Part shown: piece by piece, positions 15,701 to 28,459 of the stretch
Position numbering within the stretch: the first letter of the stretch is position 1
Layout of the letters: the number at the start of each line of letters is the position of its first letter
Assembly (NCBI GenBank): GCA_965285935.1
Contig: OZ260665.1
Span: forward strand, 59,520,001-59,584,000
Length of the DNA stretch: 64,000 bases
Direction of reading: 5' to 3'
Origin: Ophelia neglecta
Taxonomy: Eukaryota
Notes under the pieces: generated by a model
Told to the model about the DNA's origin: nothing
What the model saw: only the letters and a program-made list of their open reading frames with translations
Databases searched by the model: none
Program-made: the position numbers and the translations under genes

Positions 15701-18700
15701 AGCTCGGTTGCCTCGATAATTATCGGAGTTAGCGGCTAGTCCAATGCTCTTGGTTTCCACCTTCCTTCTATATACTTAAATCAAAATTACGACTTGCCTT
15801 CTGCCCAAAACGCTTAGAACACCCACTTCGATTTCCCATTTAGCATCACGCATTGAAGATTTATTTCGATTAAGGTGAAAACGTTCCAGGGTACTTTTCT
15901 ACCTTTATGAACAAGAATCTGGTGAGTTCATTCATCAGACAGCATTTGACTCAACCAAACTAAATTACAGGTTTTGGGTTGCTATCGGTTGCGTCCCGGA
16001 ACCAAGACACATTTATTACATTATTATCGACGTAGAACACATAATCTAGTGTTACGATCGGTTTACCCAGCACTGCCCTGAGGATTGCTGACATGGGTGG
16101 TCTCTACATGGCGCCGATCAATGCGAATAAATGGTCCTTTTGTGCAAGCTCTCGGTGTTGGTTATGTTAGGTTTGGTTAAACAACAGGCAGAACTCGCCT
16201 TGGCTTGCCTTAAATTGCTCACATTTCCAGTATAATATTCTTTGTGATAGAACCTCACAATTTCCGGACTCTGGCTATCTCTTAATACATTGTTGGAAGA
16301 AATGAACTGCAAACTACTGATGAAAATTTACGGATGGCTTAAGCTTCAATTTGGTGTCTTTCCAATTCACAGCTTACGAACAACGGCGTCATTCCCAGTC
16401 GCGATTTAGAGATTATATTTGAAAGCGGAAGCACGTGTCTGACAATTTACTTTGACCCTATACATAAGTACAAACTAGTAACAATTAAGTTATTTCAACT
16501 TTAGTTTCCTAATCTACAATCATTATTTCGACATGTTTGGACAACACCGTGCATTGAAATGGCATTCGCTTTTGAATGTGTGGGAAAGGTTTGAGTTCCA
16601 ATAAGAAATATGCTATTAGAATAGCAACGAATAGAAGAACAACTTGTGGAGGGTGTCAACCTTAAAAGGGCATCTCGCGTCTCCTATTTGTGTGTGTTAT
16701 ATTTCAAAATCCTAAAAGTTGAATAATGGTGATATAATTTATGGCTTTAAGTTCCTTTTTAATATTGGTTATTATTGACTTATCTGGACAGAGCTTCAAG
16801 CGTTGTGAGACGGGTAGCTTTAAATAGTAACCACGCCATTGTCGGGTACTCTCGGGGGAGAACGGAACATCTTGAAAGGCCGAGAGATTCTTACCGAGAG
16901 GTTTTACTCACGAAGCCGACAACCACATTACGGTCTTTACACTTATAGTATTATATAGTATCTTAATACTGTCTCCATGGGCGTCAAAGAGCTAGCGTGT
17001 GTCTTAAAATGTTTTCTGACACAGGAGCAAGAATATGCCCTCCTCCCCCACACTCTCCCGTAGTAAATAACAGTCGCTTATTAAAAGCACTGTGATATGG
17101 GGCTTTTTCTATTAAAAGGGAAGTTTTAAAGAATTGTTTATATATATATTTCAGTGGTTCCCTCTCCGAGTTTTATTGGCAAAAAAACTTGTTTCTGGGA
17201 AAGATTGGCTAGTTCGTGTGTCCTATAGCCAAACATATGTGCCTGTATAGTATATGAATTATTATGCAGTATTTGCCATAATTATAAAACAGCCTTCTTT
17301 AATAAGAAAATAATCGGAAAATAATATACCTGAATCATGGTATGGTCCCTTATTTTCTCGCACCGAGAGTCACGCTCGGGAATTACCCTTGATACCTTGT
17401 TCACCAAAAATTCATATACTTCATATACCCACATTCAGGCCGGTTATCACAAGGGTTTAAATTAAAGCTAAAAAAAACCCTTGCATATCAATTCTTGACA
17501 AATAACAAAGTCATTTGCACTTATTAAGTATAATCCAAGGCTTCCTGCCCTTGCACTCGTCTATTTTCCTCGTGTCTAATTGCAGGCTATTGATGTTGAT
17601 TTATTGATCCAGGTTGTACCTGGAGGGAGCCTCCCTTAGATCGTTTTATCTGCAATGCCTGGTAATATGCTTAGCCGACCAGAAAATACATTTTATCTCT
17701 CGGGCATAGTCTCGGGATCCGAAGGCCGTCTCCTCAGCGGACCCCAAACCTCTGTTAATCAGTGGCGTCGTTAGCGGCTGTCTGCTGAATCAACCCGATA
17801 GGGTTAATACGCTGTGTTAAGAACTTAGTTCTTAGACATTGACGTGCAGCCCTGGGGCCTGCACTTCCTGAGCAAATTGGTATGCATGATCTTTTCCTAT
17901 TTCGCGAAAAGGGGGTATTTTTGTTCTCCACTTAGTATGTCTTACCTCTTAAAAATAAGGATAAAATTTGTTTTTTTTAGACAAATTCGCATCCGCTTGC
18001 AGCTTTCAGTTTGTAAATGCATCTTTCTTTTTTACTTGCTTGTAATTACCACTTTCCCGAACTATCCTTATTTTTCATGGAAGCTGCCGTTTCATGCGCG
18101 ACCTCTGGCGGCAATAGCACTTCAGGCTGGTATCCTTCTCGAGACACCGTAAAACTGGGAGTGCGGATTTAGATTAAGATTCTGGAGTAGGAAGGGGACT
18201 CTTCATTAGGTATATACGTATACGAAGTACACATTTATCGGTGACCGATATTGTCCACATGTCCTTACCAATGCCACTGATAAATAGTCACTCACGGTAT
18301 TCTAGTCAATTTATTTGCAGTAGCTGATCGTAGGTTTCCAAATATTTAATATATATATATATGCAACTTAGCACGAGCAAAATACTGGCAGTGTTTATCT
18401 TTATGGTTACAAGTCATTAAACCGATGCAGGCAAAACCTACCCGATAAACTACAACACGTTACTGCGAGCGTTTCTGTTCTCCAGACCAGTCGTACACAT
18501 GCGTACAGGAATGGGATATTATTCAAAGTCACCCCCAAGGAGCAGTTTAGATGCAGCACGAATAGCCTGTTCTTAATGAGGAGGAGGCAGGTGGAGGACC
18601 AGTCGGCGTATTATCGGGCTCGATAATACACAATGATTGGCGATGAGATCCTTGTGCCAATCAGCCGGATGAGACAAACTTGGGTGATGTAAAAAAATCT

Positions 18701-19085
18701 GTTCTACATGTTAAATATGAACTCGGAGAACTTATACCTGAAAAAAATTCTATTCCCTTTTGAGCTAGAAAGGAATTTGCCCGAATGTAAAGACCTCCTC
18801 TTTTAGGAATTTTCCTAGTGGGGAATGCGTGGTGCACTGGGACATCGCTTGCAGGTTGCAGTGACCTAATTAGCAATTTTTTCATGCAGTGCTGCCCCTG
18901 GTAGGTCTTGCAGCTTTTTGGGCAATAATAAAGATGGCGAAGCTTGCCTGTTATTGGCTAAAAAAGACAGAAAACATATCTGGATTGCCTGGACTATTTG
19001 TTAATAGTAAAATAGTTAGCTTATGAATAGTAAACAGTTTGTGAACCGGATGGGTATTGTTTAGAATTGTGTGATTGCGAAAGAG

Positions 19086-19311
19086 ACATGTGGATATTTA
19101 TGGGTTTTTCTGCGGTATACATGTAACTTAATCATGTGACAGAAACAAATAAAATGGCTATTTTTTTTCACAAGCCTCTGGCAATTATATTTTCTGTGCT
19201 GAATTTTTCATATATATTCTACTACTAGACGCCTTAATACATGCGCGTCTAGTAGTTGTATGCCGATTATTGATGGGAATATGTGAAAAACGACTTTGAA
19301 TATCCACACGT
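19086..19311. mobile_element. Possible MITE / foldback element
   Basis: Terminal inverted match acatgtggatatt (19086) versus aatatccacacgt (ends 19311), 12/13 and extendable; internal perfect 12-bp stem actactagacgc/gcgtctagtagt (19221-19256). No TSD established. Confidence 0.4.
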
Positions 19312-22300
19312 TATCTGTGCGTTAAAATTAGCACGAAGACGGGTGGTGCAATGGACATGAAAATTATAGGAAATACAGATGACATATGTGAAAACATCGC
19401 ACCAATGTTTATTAATTTTTTCTTGAAACTAAAGTCTTAATGGGCAAGGATGAAAAATGAAATAAAAATACGAAAATAGGAACGTTGTGCGGAATCATGC
19501 TTCTATTTTTCATATTGACCATGCCAATTCTAGAAACAACCTTTATTATTTTTATCTTGTTTTAAGGAATATCAAAGTACCCAAATACCATATATGATTC
19601 TACAGTTTAATAAATAAATAAAAAAAACTCGAATACTTATTTAGTCGCATCAATTTGAAAACACGCATTTAAATGCCCAAGTGCCGATTTTCCGAACACC
19701 AGGTTCCGAACATCCGATAGCATTCTTGACACATGTAAATCAAGAATAACATTTATTTCAAATTGGTTACAGTTATTATATTTTTGGGATTGCTCTGAAA
19801 AAATCTGAACAATGGGAAAGTGTAAAGGACATTTAAATTTGTTCTTAAAATATTGATTATGTTTCATAAAACCATGATATCATTAGAGTTAATTTTGTGG
19901 TTAAAGACCTTCACATACGGATCCTGCAATTATAAAGCGAAAAACCGTGCTACAAACTGCGTCTCAAAAAAAAATCGGATCATTAAATTAATCGATCGTT
20001 TTATAAGATAGCCGCTTACTTGGTATGGACAAGAGCGTGGACATTTCAAATCAATCACACTATTTCCCATTCGCAGGACATTGGCTCGTTGTGGTAGTCA
20101 ATTCCCTTGCCATTCAGCCGCTGTCTTTTTGTCAAACGACCACTTTCCGGAGCTGTATTCAGCACATTGGGCTTCTTGTTTCTTGCACAAAGACCTGATC
20201 AGTAACATTGTTTTCCCGTGGGATGAAGAACGGGTTACAAGTCTGCCAAACGACAGACATGTGGAAGGAAGTGTTTTCTGTCATGGCTTTTTCTATTGAT
20301 TCTCCTGGCAATAAGACTATTCAGGCGACATACAGTACCACCGAAGGCCTTGATAAGCTGCATCCGCAAGGTTTTGTATACATGAGAATGGCAACATTAA
20401 CATATTATCGCAGACACTGTAGCGTGGATGCTCGCGACAAGAATAAAGTGTGATTGTTCAATGAAATTCTGCCGGAGCAGCCCTGTAAGTGCTACATGCA
20501 CAGTGCATTTCACTAGGAAATAATGATGCATTCGGGGCCCATGTTTAAAGGGTATATGACAGTAATTTTGTAATAGAATTGGATTCATTACTGAGAAAAG
20601 AACCGAAGGGAAGCCACATTCCTGCTTTTTCGTAAGTTTGGTGTGTTAAAGGGCTGACTCGTGCCACTAAGCGGCCATTTATAAATTCAAGCTCAATAGA
20701 AGGACCCGTCTTCTATGAGCTATAGTTGATTGCCTTTCCAGTTATCTTCATGGCATTGACTTTAAAACAGTATTTGCTAATGTTTATCGGGCCACAAATG
20801 AAAAACTTTGAAGTATTCAACATATATAGAAATGAATGTTGATTTTTTTATGCTGGAGTATATGCTATTTATGAGAATCTGTGGTCTCCCTGTGTTGTAA
20901 TTCTTCTATGCACCTGAATTTTGAATAAAATATCAGCAACCTATGAGCTATTTCCTGTAAAGAGGAGACCTGTAATACCTTTTGGCCACAAATCAAAGAG
21001 CATTAGCTTTAATAGCTCGCGCAACGTCAAATAAGATATCTGGACAAGTTTGTTCTCCAAACTACCTACTCGCATTTTCATACCAATAGAAATAAAACCC
21101 CGGAGGAAACAGGTAGGTTGATTGTCTGCAGCAAAGCAGCCATATTAAAGACAGCTGTATAAGGACTTCTAAAGTAGGTCTCAAACGATAGATAGAATCA
21201 CATATTGCTAATATGATGGTATCTTGGTGTCTTTGCCACGTAAAAGAGACAAAACACCCTATTTGTACCTATGCCACAGAATAGCCTCTCGTTTTGGAAC
21301 TTCTGTTATCAGATTCATGGTAGTAGCGCAGAATTGCCACACTGAGACCTTGTTAGATGGCTTCTGAGACTCCCCAGCCTGCCTGCTAGAATCGTCCAAA
21401 CACAATGTCTGAAACCTAATATCAATTGTTTCCCAAATCACGAAAATGGACCTGGATTGGTGTCGTCTGCGGTTTTGTCAAAGGCGCCTAACTGAGCACA
21501 GACGCTGCTGTCTGCCAGGAAGATGCATTTCGTCTAAACCTAATCGCCTATATTGTAAGGGAATTATTCATCAAGTGTCACAATGTATAGCAGGTTGTCA
21601 GCAGGCGTAAGAATATTGCTTATTTCGGTCTAGGTTTGTGTTGTGAAATCATGACCTGAGTCACCGCTGTGAATCCCTTAATTCGAGAGAGAGATCGGAA
21701 CAGAGAGCGAGAGATGTAGAGAGAGTAACTTCTTGGAACATATATTAAAGCGCAACAACACGGCAAGTTCCTAAAACACGGACTTATATTATTACATATT
21801 TCCTTTGTATCTTCTAATACAATATTTGTTTATTTAGAGTATGAGAGTCAAAGGATAAGGGCTCCAGGCTTTCATCAATTTCTGCCATTCAGCGGTTGTT
21901 GGAAGCAACGGACCAACCATTTGATATTGAGAGGGACAGAATGCACATTTGGGAGAAAGAAAACAGCTGTAGTTCCGGAAAAAATAATTTGCTCTTGAAC
22001 AAAGAATACTGCTTTGATAAAAAAAAATACTTGCTCTCGATTGGGACAATAAATGTATTTGTTCTTATAATTTAATCATTGCTAAATATAAAGAGGACGT
22101 AGTTACAGACTATTTACTCCTCTCGTTCGGTAAGAAATACGGCTTATTGAAATGTGACTAACTCAGATCAAGCATCTGCTTGTTTCGAGTCATTCCAACA
22201 TTTTCAGATCACAAGCTTCTTTTTGGCAAAACAAAGTTCTGATTCTTCTTCAAAATACCACCAATTGGGATCTAGGTCATGTTGGTACATACCACGGTAG

Positions 22301-22438
22301 GACAAAGGTAGGATTGATACAGCAAACAATGGTGAGGTGGAGAACAAGTTAGGGCAATGACGCCCATGATAAAACAGCAGGCAGTTATCAAGCCAAGAAA
22401 TGAACAAAATGCGAATGGATACCCGGCAGACAGAGCCA

Positions 22439-22479
22439 AATCATCAGGAACCACCAGCCACACCTCCACACACATCAAT
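22439..22479 (-). repeat. Interspersed repeat core, copy 2
   Basis: 36/41 identity to 6264-6304 in opposite orientation; weaker similarity continues downstream of both copies. Confidence 0.75.
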
Positions 22480-22499
22480 GAAACGAAATGTCAGAAAAT

Positions 22500-23120
22500 A
22501 ACTTAAAAGGATGGTGTATATTGTAAAAGGGACAAAATGGAACAAAGCCTTTTCTGCAGACTGAGAATGGAGGTTGTTGAGAAAAGAGAAGGCGATATTT
22601 ATGTATATATGCTCATTTGGCCTCCGCTTTCCGGAGAGAACAACAGGAGAACAACAAATAAATGTCATAATTATAAGAATAAATCAGGGTATACAAAAGA
22701 AAAGAAAATGAGAGACATAAGGGAAGAACATTGAAGGAAGAGAAATTGAGGAGGAAGCAATATCGACCTTTGATAATCACAAACACAGAGAAAAATTAAT
22801 GTTCAAATTTTAGAAAAATTCTAATCGAATGTGAAAACAGGATAAACAAGAAGGGAAACAAACAGAAAGAGGAAAGGGGAAAAGAGGGGATCGGATTCAA
22901 TACAGAAAACCACGAGGAAACCAAACAAGACGGGAAGCATAAAAGTACAAGGGAGGCACAAGGGAAACCTATCACACACAACGAAGGGTCACGCCCAAAC
23001 AGAAAGGGAAACGAGAGAATCGAAGCTCAATAAAAGAACATATAAAGACAGAAAAAAAAAAATAAAAACCATACGGAGAAAAAGGGAATCTGAGGATTGG
23101 AGGAGACAAAACAGAAAAGG
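22500..23120. repeat. Purine-skewed low-complexity tract (A/G-rich on +)
   Basis: About 600 bp dominated by aaag/gaaa/gggaaa words with few T. Confidence 0.6.
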
Positions 23121-23324
23121 GTCTGTCGCTCAGGAACTTAAAATGTTAGTGTCACGTAAGACGTGGTGCATAAAAGACGGAGGTCCGATCCCATAATGTC
23201 TAACCGAGCGTGGCGCCCTGAGAAGTGACCATGAATAAAATATATAAGTGGTGTTATTTTAATAATCACTCTATTTTATATGTCTAACTAATATTTTATC
23301 TTTTTGTAGTTCTCATTTATTGCC

Positions 23325-23403
23325 TGTTAAGCGCTTTGAGCTTGTTTTATAAAGCGCTATACAAATGTTTCAATAATCAATAATAATAAAAATAATAATA
23401 AAA
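23325..23403 (+). mobile_element. 3' tail of an L2-clade LINE or L2-dependent SINE
   Basis: tgttaagcgctttgag...aaagcgctatacaaat stem-loop followed by an (AAT)n tail, the typical GTAAAGCGCTTTGAG...AAAGCGCTATATAAAT 3' end. Confidence 0.65.
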
Positions 23404-23901
23404 GTGTTGGTGAGAGCTCTGGTGGGCGTCCTATCATACATATATAGTGATATTTCATTAGAAACCTTACATCATAGTTAAGCTTCAAAGTCAAGCATCT
23501 TTATATACATATTCCCTCTCGATAATAATATCCTCGAGGTTATTATCCTCTGTATCTCCATGACAATCCACCCAACAATAGTGGATCATGTAGCTTTCGG
23601 TCGTAAATGCTTCGTTATTCACAAATATAGATTGCGGATACATCCGTCGACAACTGCACGTGGGTGGTTCATAAACATTTGACCTAGTCCTCGGGCATAA
23701 ATTATACGGCTTTCTGCAGGTAGAGATACATACATGACCATGATGAGAACAACGCACATCTCTATTCCTAAATTCTTCTCAGCATTAAGTCACTTGTGTA
23801 ATATTGCAAGCAAATCCCGCTAGTGGTTTAAACCATATTGTACTAACGAAATGCTCGGCAGAAACCAGTAACCCTGAACATGAGACGATGGATGCAATGA
23901 G

Positions 23902-23924
23902 CCCCCACCCCCTCCCCCAACCCC
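23902..23924 (-). other. G-quadruplex-forming motif (C-rich on +)
   Basis: C5-A-C5-T-C5-AA-C4 on the plus strand. Confidence 0.65.
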
Positions 23925-24754
23925 GGGTCTCCTTAACGCCCTAACCCCTTCATTATGGGCCCCTAACCAAAAAGAGAAGTTCTCATAACAAAATCAATAA
24001 ATCTTAATAGAAATATATTGACTGTTCAAATAAGTCAAAACAATACAATAAAGAGAAAATTTTTAGAGAGCCTGGTGAGCGATAAATAGGACCTGTTCGT
24101 GTCTTGGTTCCACTCGAAGGGATAAGCCTAAATGTGGCACCACAACTAGAGATAAATTGAAATGCAGTGGCTGAAAGCGTTTGGCTGATTAGTGAAGGCA
24201 CCAGGAGAAACCGAGCGAGGTCTAGAACGAGTGTCGCCTAGGCGAGTTTTAAATGAATGTTGATGATGGATCCATATCATCATTTGTGGTTCAAGGGCAA
24301 CACTTCTCTTTCAGATTCGAGCGGTGTTTGTCGTCATTCATGTCGTTGGTTATTGTTTTATATGACCGACGTGGGTTTTCAATTCCATATCGACCCCTGT
24401 CTATTTGACTGGCGCTGTCAGAACAACCCTGGTGAAGATTAATGACTTAACGTATGTTTTACAGAACACCCGAATGGCAATATTTGCTTCGATGGGAAGT
24501 TAATTGCACAGATTTCCCGTGGGTTGGTGACTTGTCAAGAGAGTCCTTGTCCGTAAATAATAAAGTCTCGTTGAACCGGTTTGTCTCCGGCATGTTCTGT
24601 CGTTTATGTGCAGTGGAACCATCACTATGTAAGGGCAATGTGGCACATTTAGACTGGTTCTTATTCGTCTGCTTGTGCCTTTAGAATTTGGAAGCCAACC
24701 TGAGGTCTAGTTGACCAAAAACCTCCCGGTGGGGCTTTTTGACTTACATGCAGA

Positions 24755-25232
24755 TAGCTCCAAATTGGATCTCTAATGGGTGTGTATAGTACGGTTGTCA
24801 CCCTTAGAGCTCCAATACGAGCCTATACATTTTCCTACCGAGCTATTCTTCCCGATTCCGTAACCCAAAGATTTCCGCTCCTGTACGCGTCGGGTCGTCT
24901 TTATATGAACATTTTTGAAATCCTTGGGTGCTATTCTTCAAATAATGATAAATCACCGCCATTAATTTGTCGAACTCTGACAAAAAACCGGGTTTATGTA
25001 CGCTATTCAGTACTTCAGTTGTTTTGAAGCAGACTACCAAAATGGTGGTCGACCAATGTCATGTGACCGCTAGCGAGACCTTGCGTGAGATGTAAATAGA
25101 AGCACATGACACCCATGCTGTGACCTCACACTGAACTGCCCTTGAGCGCATTCGCACATGTAATACTACTCAAGAAGACAATCATCTGTTAGCTCCAAAT
25201 TATCTCTTTAATTGGTGTATAGTGCGGTTGTC
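24755..25232. repeat. Pair of ~44-bp imperfect direct repeats (24755-24799, 25190-25232)
   Basis: tagctccaaattggatctctaatgggtgtgtatagtacggttgtc versus tagctccaaattatctctttaattggtgtatagtgcggttgtc. Confidence 0.65.
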
Positions 25233-26632
25233 TCCTCAGACAATGGGAACAATTCATATTACCGCAGTTGACATGCTATACGATCACTCCATTGTGTGGC
25301 GCGTTTTTTTAGGCTTAGCCAATGAAATGTCTTGATTCGGTCACATGAGTTGTACGAGCCTTGTAAGTCATGTGACAAAAAAAATCATGTGATATCATCA
25401 TGGCTGCCACGAGATTACGAGCAGACGGCAAATACTGGTCGTCTAAGGTTGGATTTTTAGAGCATTCAACACCTATTTGGTAGAACCAAACACACGAACA
25501 GACAAAACAAAGGTTAATGTATTTGAAAATAACATTTATTTGCCGGGGAAAACTAATTCATGAAATAATATCTCAGTACATAAATATTGGGGTTCGTGCT
25601 GCAGCTCCAAGGCAATATTGGTAGTTACTTTTGTTTGCCGTTGGTGCTGCAAACTGTAGCTAACATGCAGAGTAATGAACCCAAGTCAAACGTCCTGATA
25701 AAAGAAATACCACGCACGATGGTATAAGTTGATGTCTAGGCACATCCCAGTTGAGACATCTTCGCTCAACAAGGTGGCTTTACTACTGTTTTATAACCTC
25801 TCTCCGCCTCCTGGCTGTGCCATGCATAACCATTCTTGTTCCACTTAGTAGTCCTACCAGCCAATGCTTCACGCGGATATACGCATCATGACCCATTTCT
25901 ATAAACCATTGTAGCCAATCACTTGTCTTTTAAGTGTGGCCAGTTAGTCGACAACACATTTTTTAATGGGATTTGCCGATGAAGTGTGTAAGATTTTCTG
26001 TATTGAAAAACCAACTGCCCTTGTTGAAAATACGTTGTCTGCTCTTTTGACAATTACGTGTTTCTGACCACGAGAACTGGCGGAGGAAATCGCTACATGT
26101 ATCGGCACTTCGCACTTTAATGAAATTCATTGTTGAAGTAATGTGCTTATCCCGGGGAGGTGTTGGTGTGGAGTGGGGGTGCTAAAATATGTCAAGACCA
26201 TCGAATGTGGAATGACATTTTTTACCCGCCATATAATAAAAAATTCAAAAACAGTTGTACAATTTTGCATTTTTTCTTTCTACATTAGTTGGTGATACTT
26301 TTCACCTTAGCTGTAAACTGCGGACGCGAAATTACATCATCTTTTGGGCAATAATTGATGGCACAAATTGCTCATGCGCTCTTTACGCCCACCACAACTT
26401 TTCAAGCGTATTTCCATTTTATAATTTATTGTCAGGTAGATAAAAAAAAAGTATTACTATGGTGGCCAAAAAGGAAGTAATTTTTTAGAGTTATATACTA
26501 CTGGGGCCACCATGGTTATATATATTTTTTTTTTTATATCTCCCTGGTTAAACCAAATTATGTTTGAGAGAATGTCACGACTAGTTTTACAAAAATGCAA
26601 AAATTTGCTATTTGATTAGGGGTGTTTTGTGT

Positions 26633-26690
26633 ATGGTCATTGTCTAATCATGGTCATTATGGTCATTGTCTAATCGTTGTCTAATCATTG
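26633..26690. repeat. Short nested tandem repeat (atggtcatt / tgtctaatc modules)
   Basis: atggtcatt x3 and ttgtctaatc x3, interleaved. Confidence 0.75.
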
Positions 26691-27581
26691 CTCCCACCAT
26701 CTTTATTATATAAGCATTTCTATGTCAAAACCTAGATACCTAATTTCGTAATAAATGGGATTTCCAAGTGCCCGTTCGGAGCTTGGTGATTTAGTGCATT
26801 ATTATGCAGAATAAGAAATTCTCTCGGATTCGTTTATTGTTGTTATTGCCAAAGGCGTTTCCAAATCCATCGTGCCATTAACCAGGTGATTCAATCATTG
26901 CATCATTATGTCGGCTGCATATCACCGTTCCGATCAAGAAGTGGTCGCAGGCGTATACCCGTATGAAGATAACTGGTCTGAGATTTAGATTCCTAGGCTT
27001 TCTTCAGTTAATGGAAATAGTATTTCTGCCAATCTCGCTCAGGATATTTTAAGGCACTTTAATTGTTGTGGTTGGGTAAAAATACTTATTAGTAGCTCTA
27101 ACTTCTAGAGTCTCATCTTAGCAAGAATTTCGAATTAAAACTTCTCTAAAATGAAAGCTAAGTTTACAACCATTGGGTGTAATGATAACATTAGAAAGCC
27201 AGGCCCTTATCATGCTTAGCAATAATTATAATTTCATATTGGGTTATGTGGTTGGTCCTATCGTTTTAATAAGTCAAGTCACCGATTCGGAGAAGAATAG
27301 CTGGAATTAGATTTATCCTCAGAGACCTGCATTTTCTTAACAATAAATGTTTCGTGGAGCTTTGTTGTCCCCTGCCGCCTCCCACACCTCCAGACCTTGT
27401 GGCACAATCAGATCTACAAGTTAGAAGCTTGCTTTTATATCTGGAAAAACTGTGGAATATAAAGGGTTATAATTGTTCTATTTCAAAATTGAATATAAAG
27501 GTTATGCGTTAACATGATTAATTGTTTCTTTGAGTTACTTCAACCTAGTATCATCTGCTTGAGAAGTTACAATATCTTCTT

Positions 27582-28052
27582 ATACATCTTTCAAATTGGA
27601 CCACAGTAGAGCAAGTGTCAAAGGCTTAGTCGTGGGTCCCAACATGTTTTCATATCTCAAATAGAGCACAGTAGGACAAATAGAATAAGTAGAGGCGTCC
27701 AACAACTGTGTCATATCTCACATAGACTGGGGCGCAGTGTGGCAAGCAGAGTAGGTTGAGACGTAGGGCCCAACCATGGTGTCATAGCTCCCATAGGCTA
27801 GGGCGCAGAAAGTCATGTGACAAAGGCTGAGGCGTGGGCTTCGTGTCATATCTCACATAGACTAGAGTGCAGTAGGGCAAGTAGAATAGGTTGTCACGTA
27901 GGGTCCAACCATGGTGTCATATCTCACATAGGCTAGAGCACTTAAGGTCAAGTGACAACGGCTGAGGCGTGGGGTCCTTCCACCGAATCACATCTCTCAT
28001 AGACTGGAGTGCAGTAGGGAAAGTAGAATAGATAGAGGTGTGGGATCCACCC
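27582..28052. repeat. Minisatellite, about 7 copies of a 61-71 bp unit with two alternating variants
   Basis: Anchor tcatatctcacatag (or variant) at 27650, 27711, 27782, 27846, 27917, 27988; bodies alternate between ...gcaagtagaataggttg...agggtccaaccatggtg and ...gtgacaaaggctgaggcgtggg. Confidence 0.9.
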
Positions 28053-28357
28053 ACGTTTGGAGCATGAGATGAGACAACAGATCTGACTACCCGTTTGATT
28101 TCCTCAAAAATGTTTTCCTCAAAAGAGCATGTTAACTATATGCACTATTCTTAGAAGATATATGACGGTTGGATATTTGGAGGACTTGCTATAGTGAGTG
28201 TGGACAACCTTTTCATTGTCGCAGAAATAACGTATGGAATGGTTCGTTAACAGTTGTTTCGACATGTTCCGCAAGGAACTTGTTTGACCAAACATGTTTA
28301 TTTTTTTCTGGGCTGATTTTGATCGTTTTAAGCATCTTGACTTGTTTATACTTTTAG

Positions 28358-28459
28358 ATGATCCTGAATCTGAGCGTCCGCCAGTTTGTTATAACATAGC
28401 CTATCAAGGTCAGGAATCGGGGCGGCAGGATGGAGCAGATACTACTAACTCAATACTCA
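28358..28459 (+). CDS. CACNG5/7-like: Gene A coding exon 2 (102 nt, phase 1-1): second half of extracellular loop 1 with conserved Cys
   Basis: Acceptor cttgtttatacttttag|, donor |gtacgt; encodes DPESERPPVCYNIAYQGQESGRQDGADTTNSIL; final A + GA of the next exon gives R, continuing as RAIRKSS (cf. TARP RAVRASS). Confidence 0.82.

Noticed and set aside
27582-28052. CRISPR-like repeat/spacer appearance
   Set aside because: Spacers are homologous to each other, repeats are degenerate, the context is eukaryotic and there are no cas genes.
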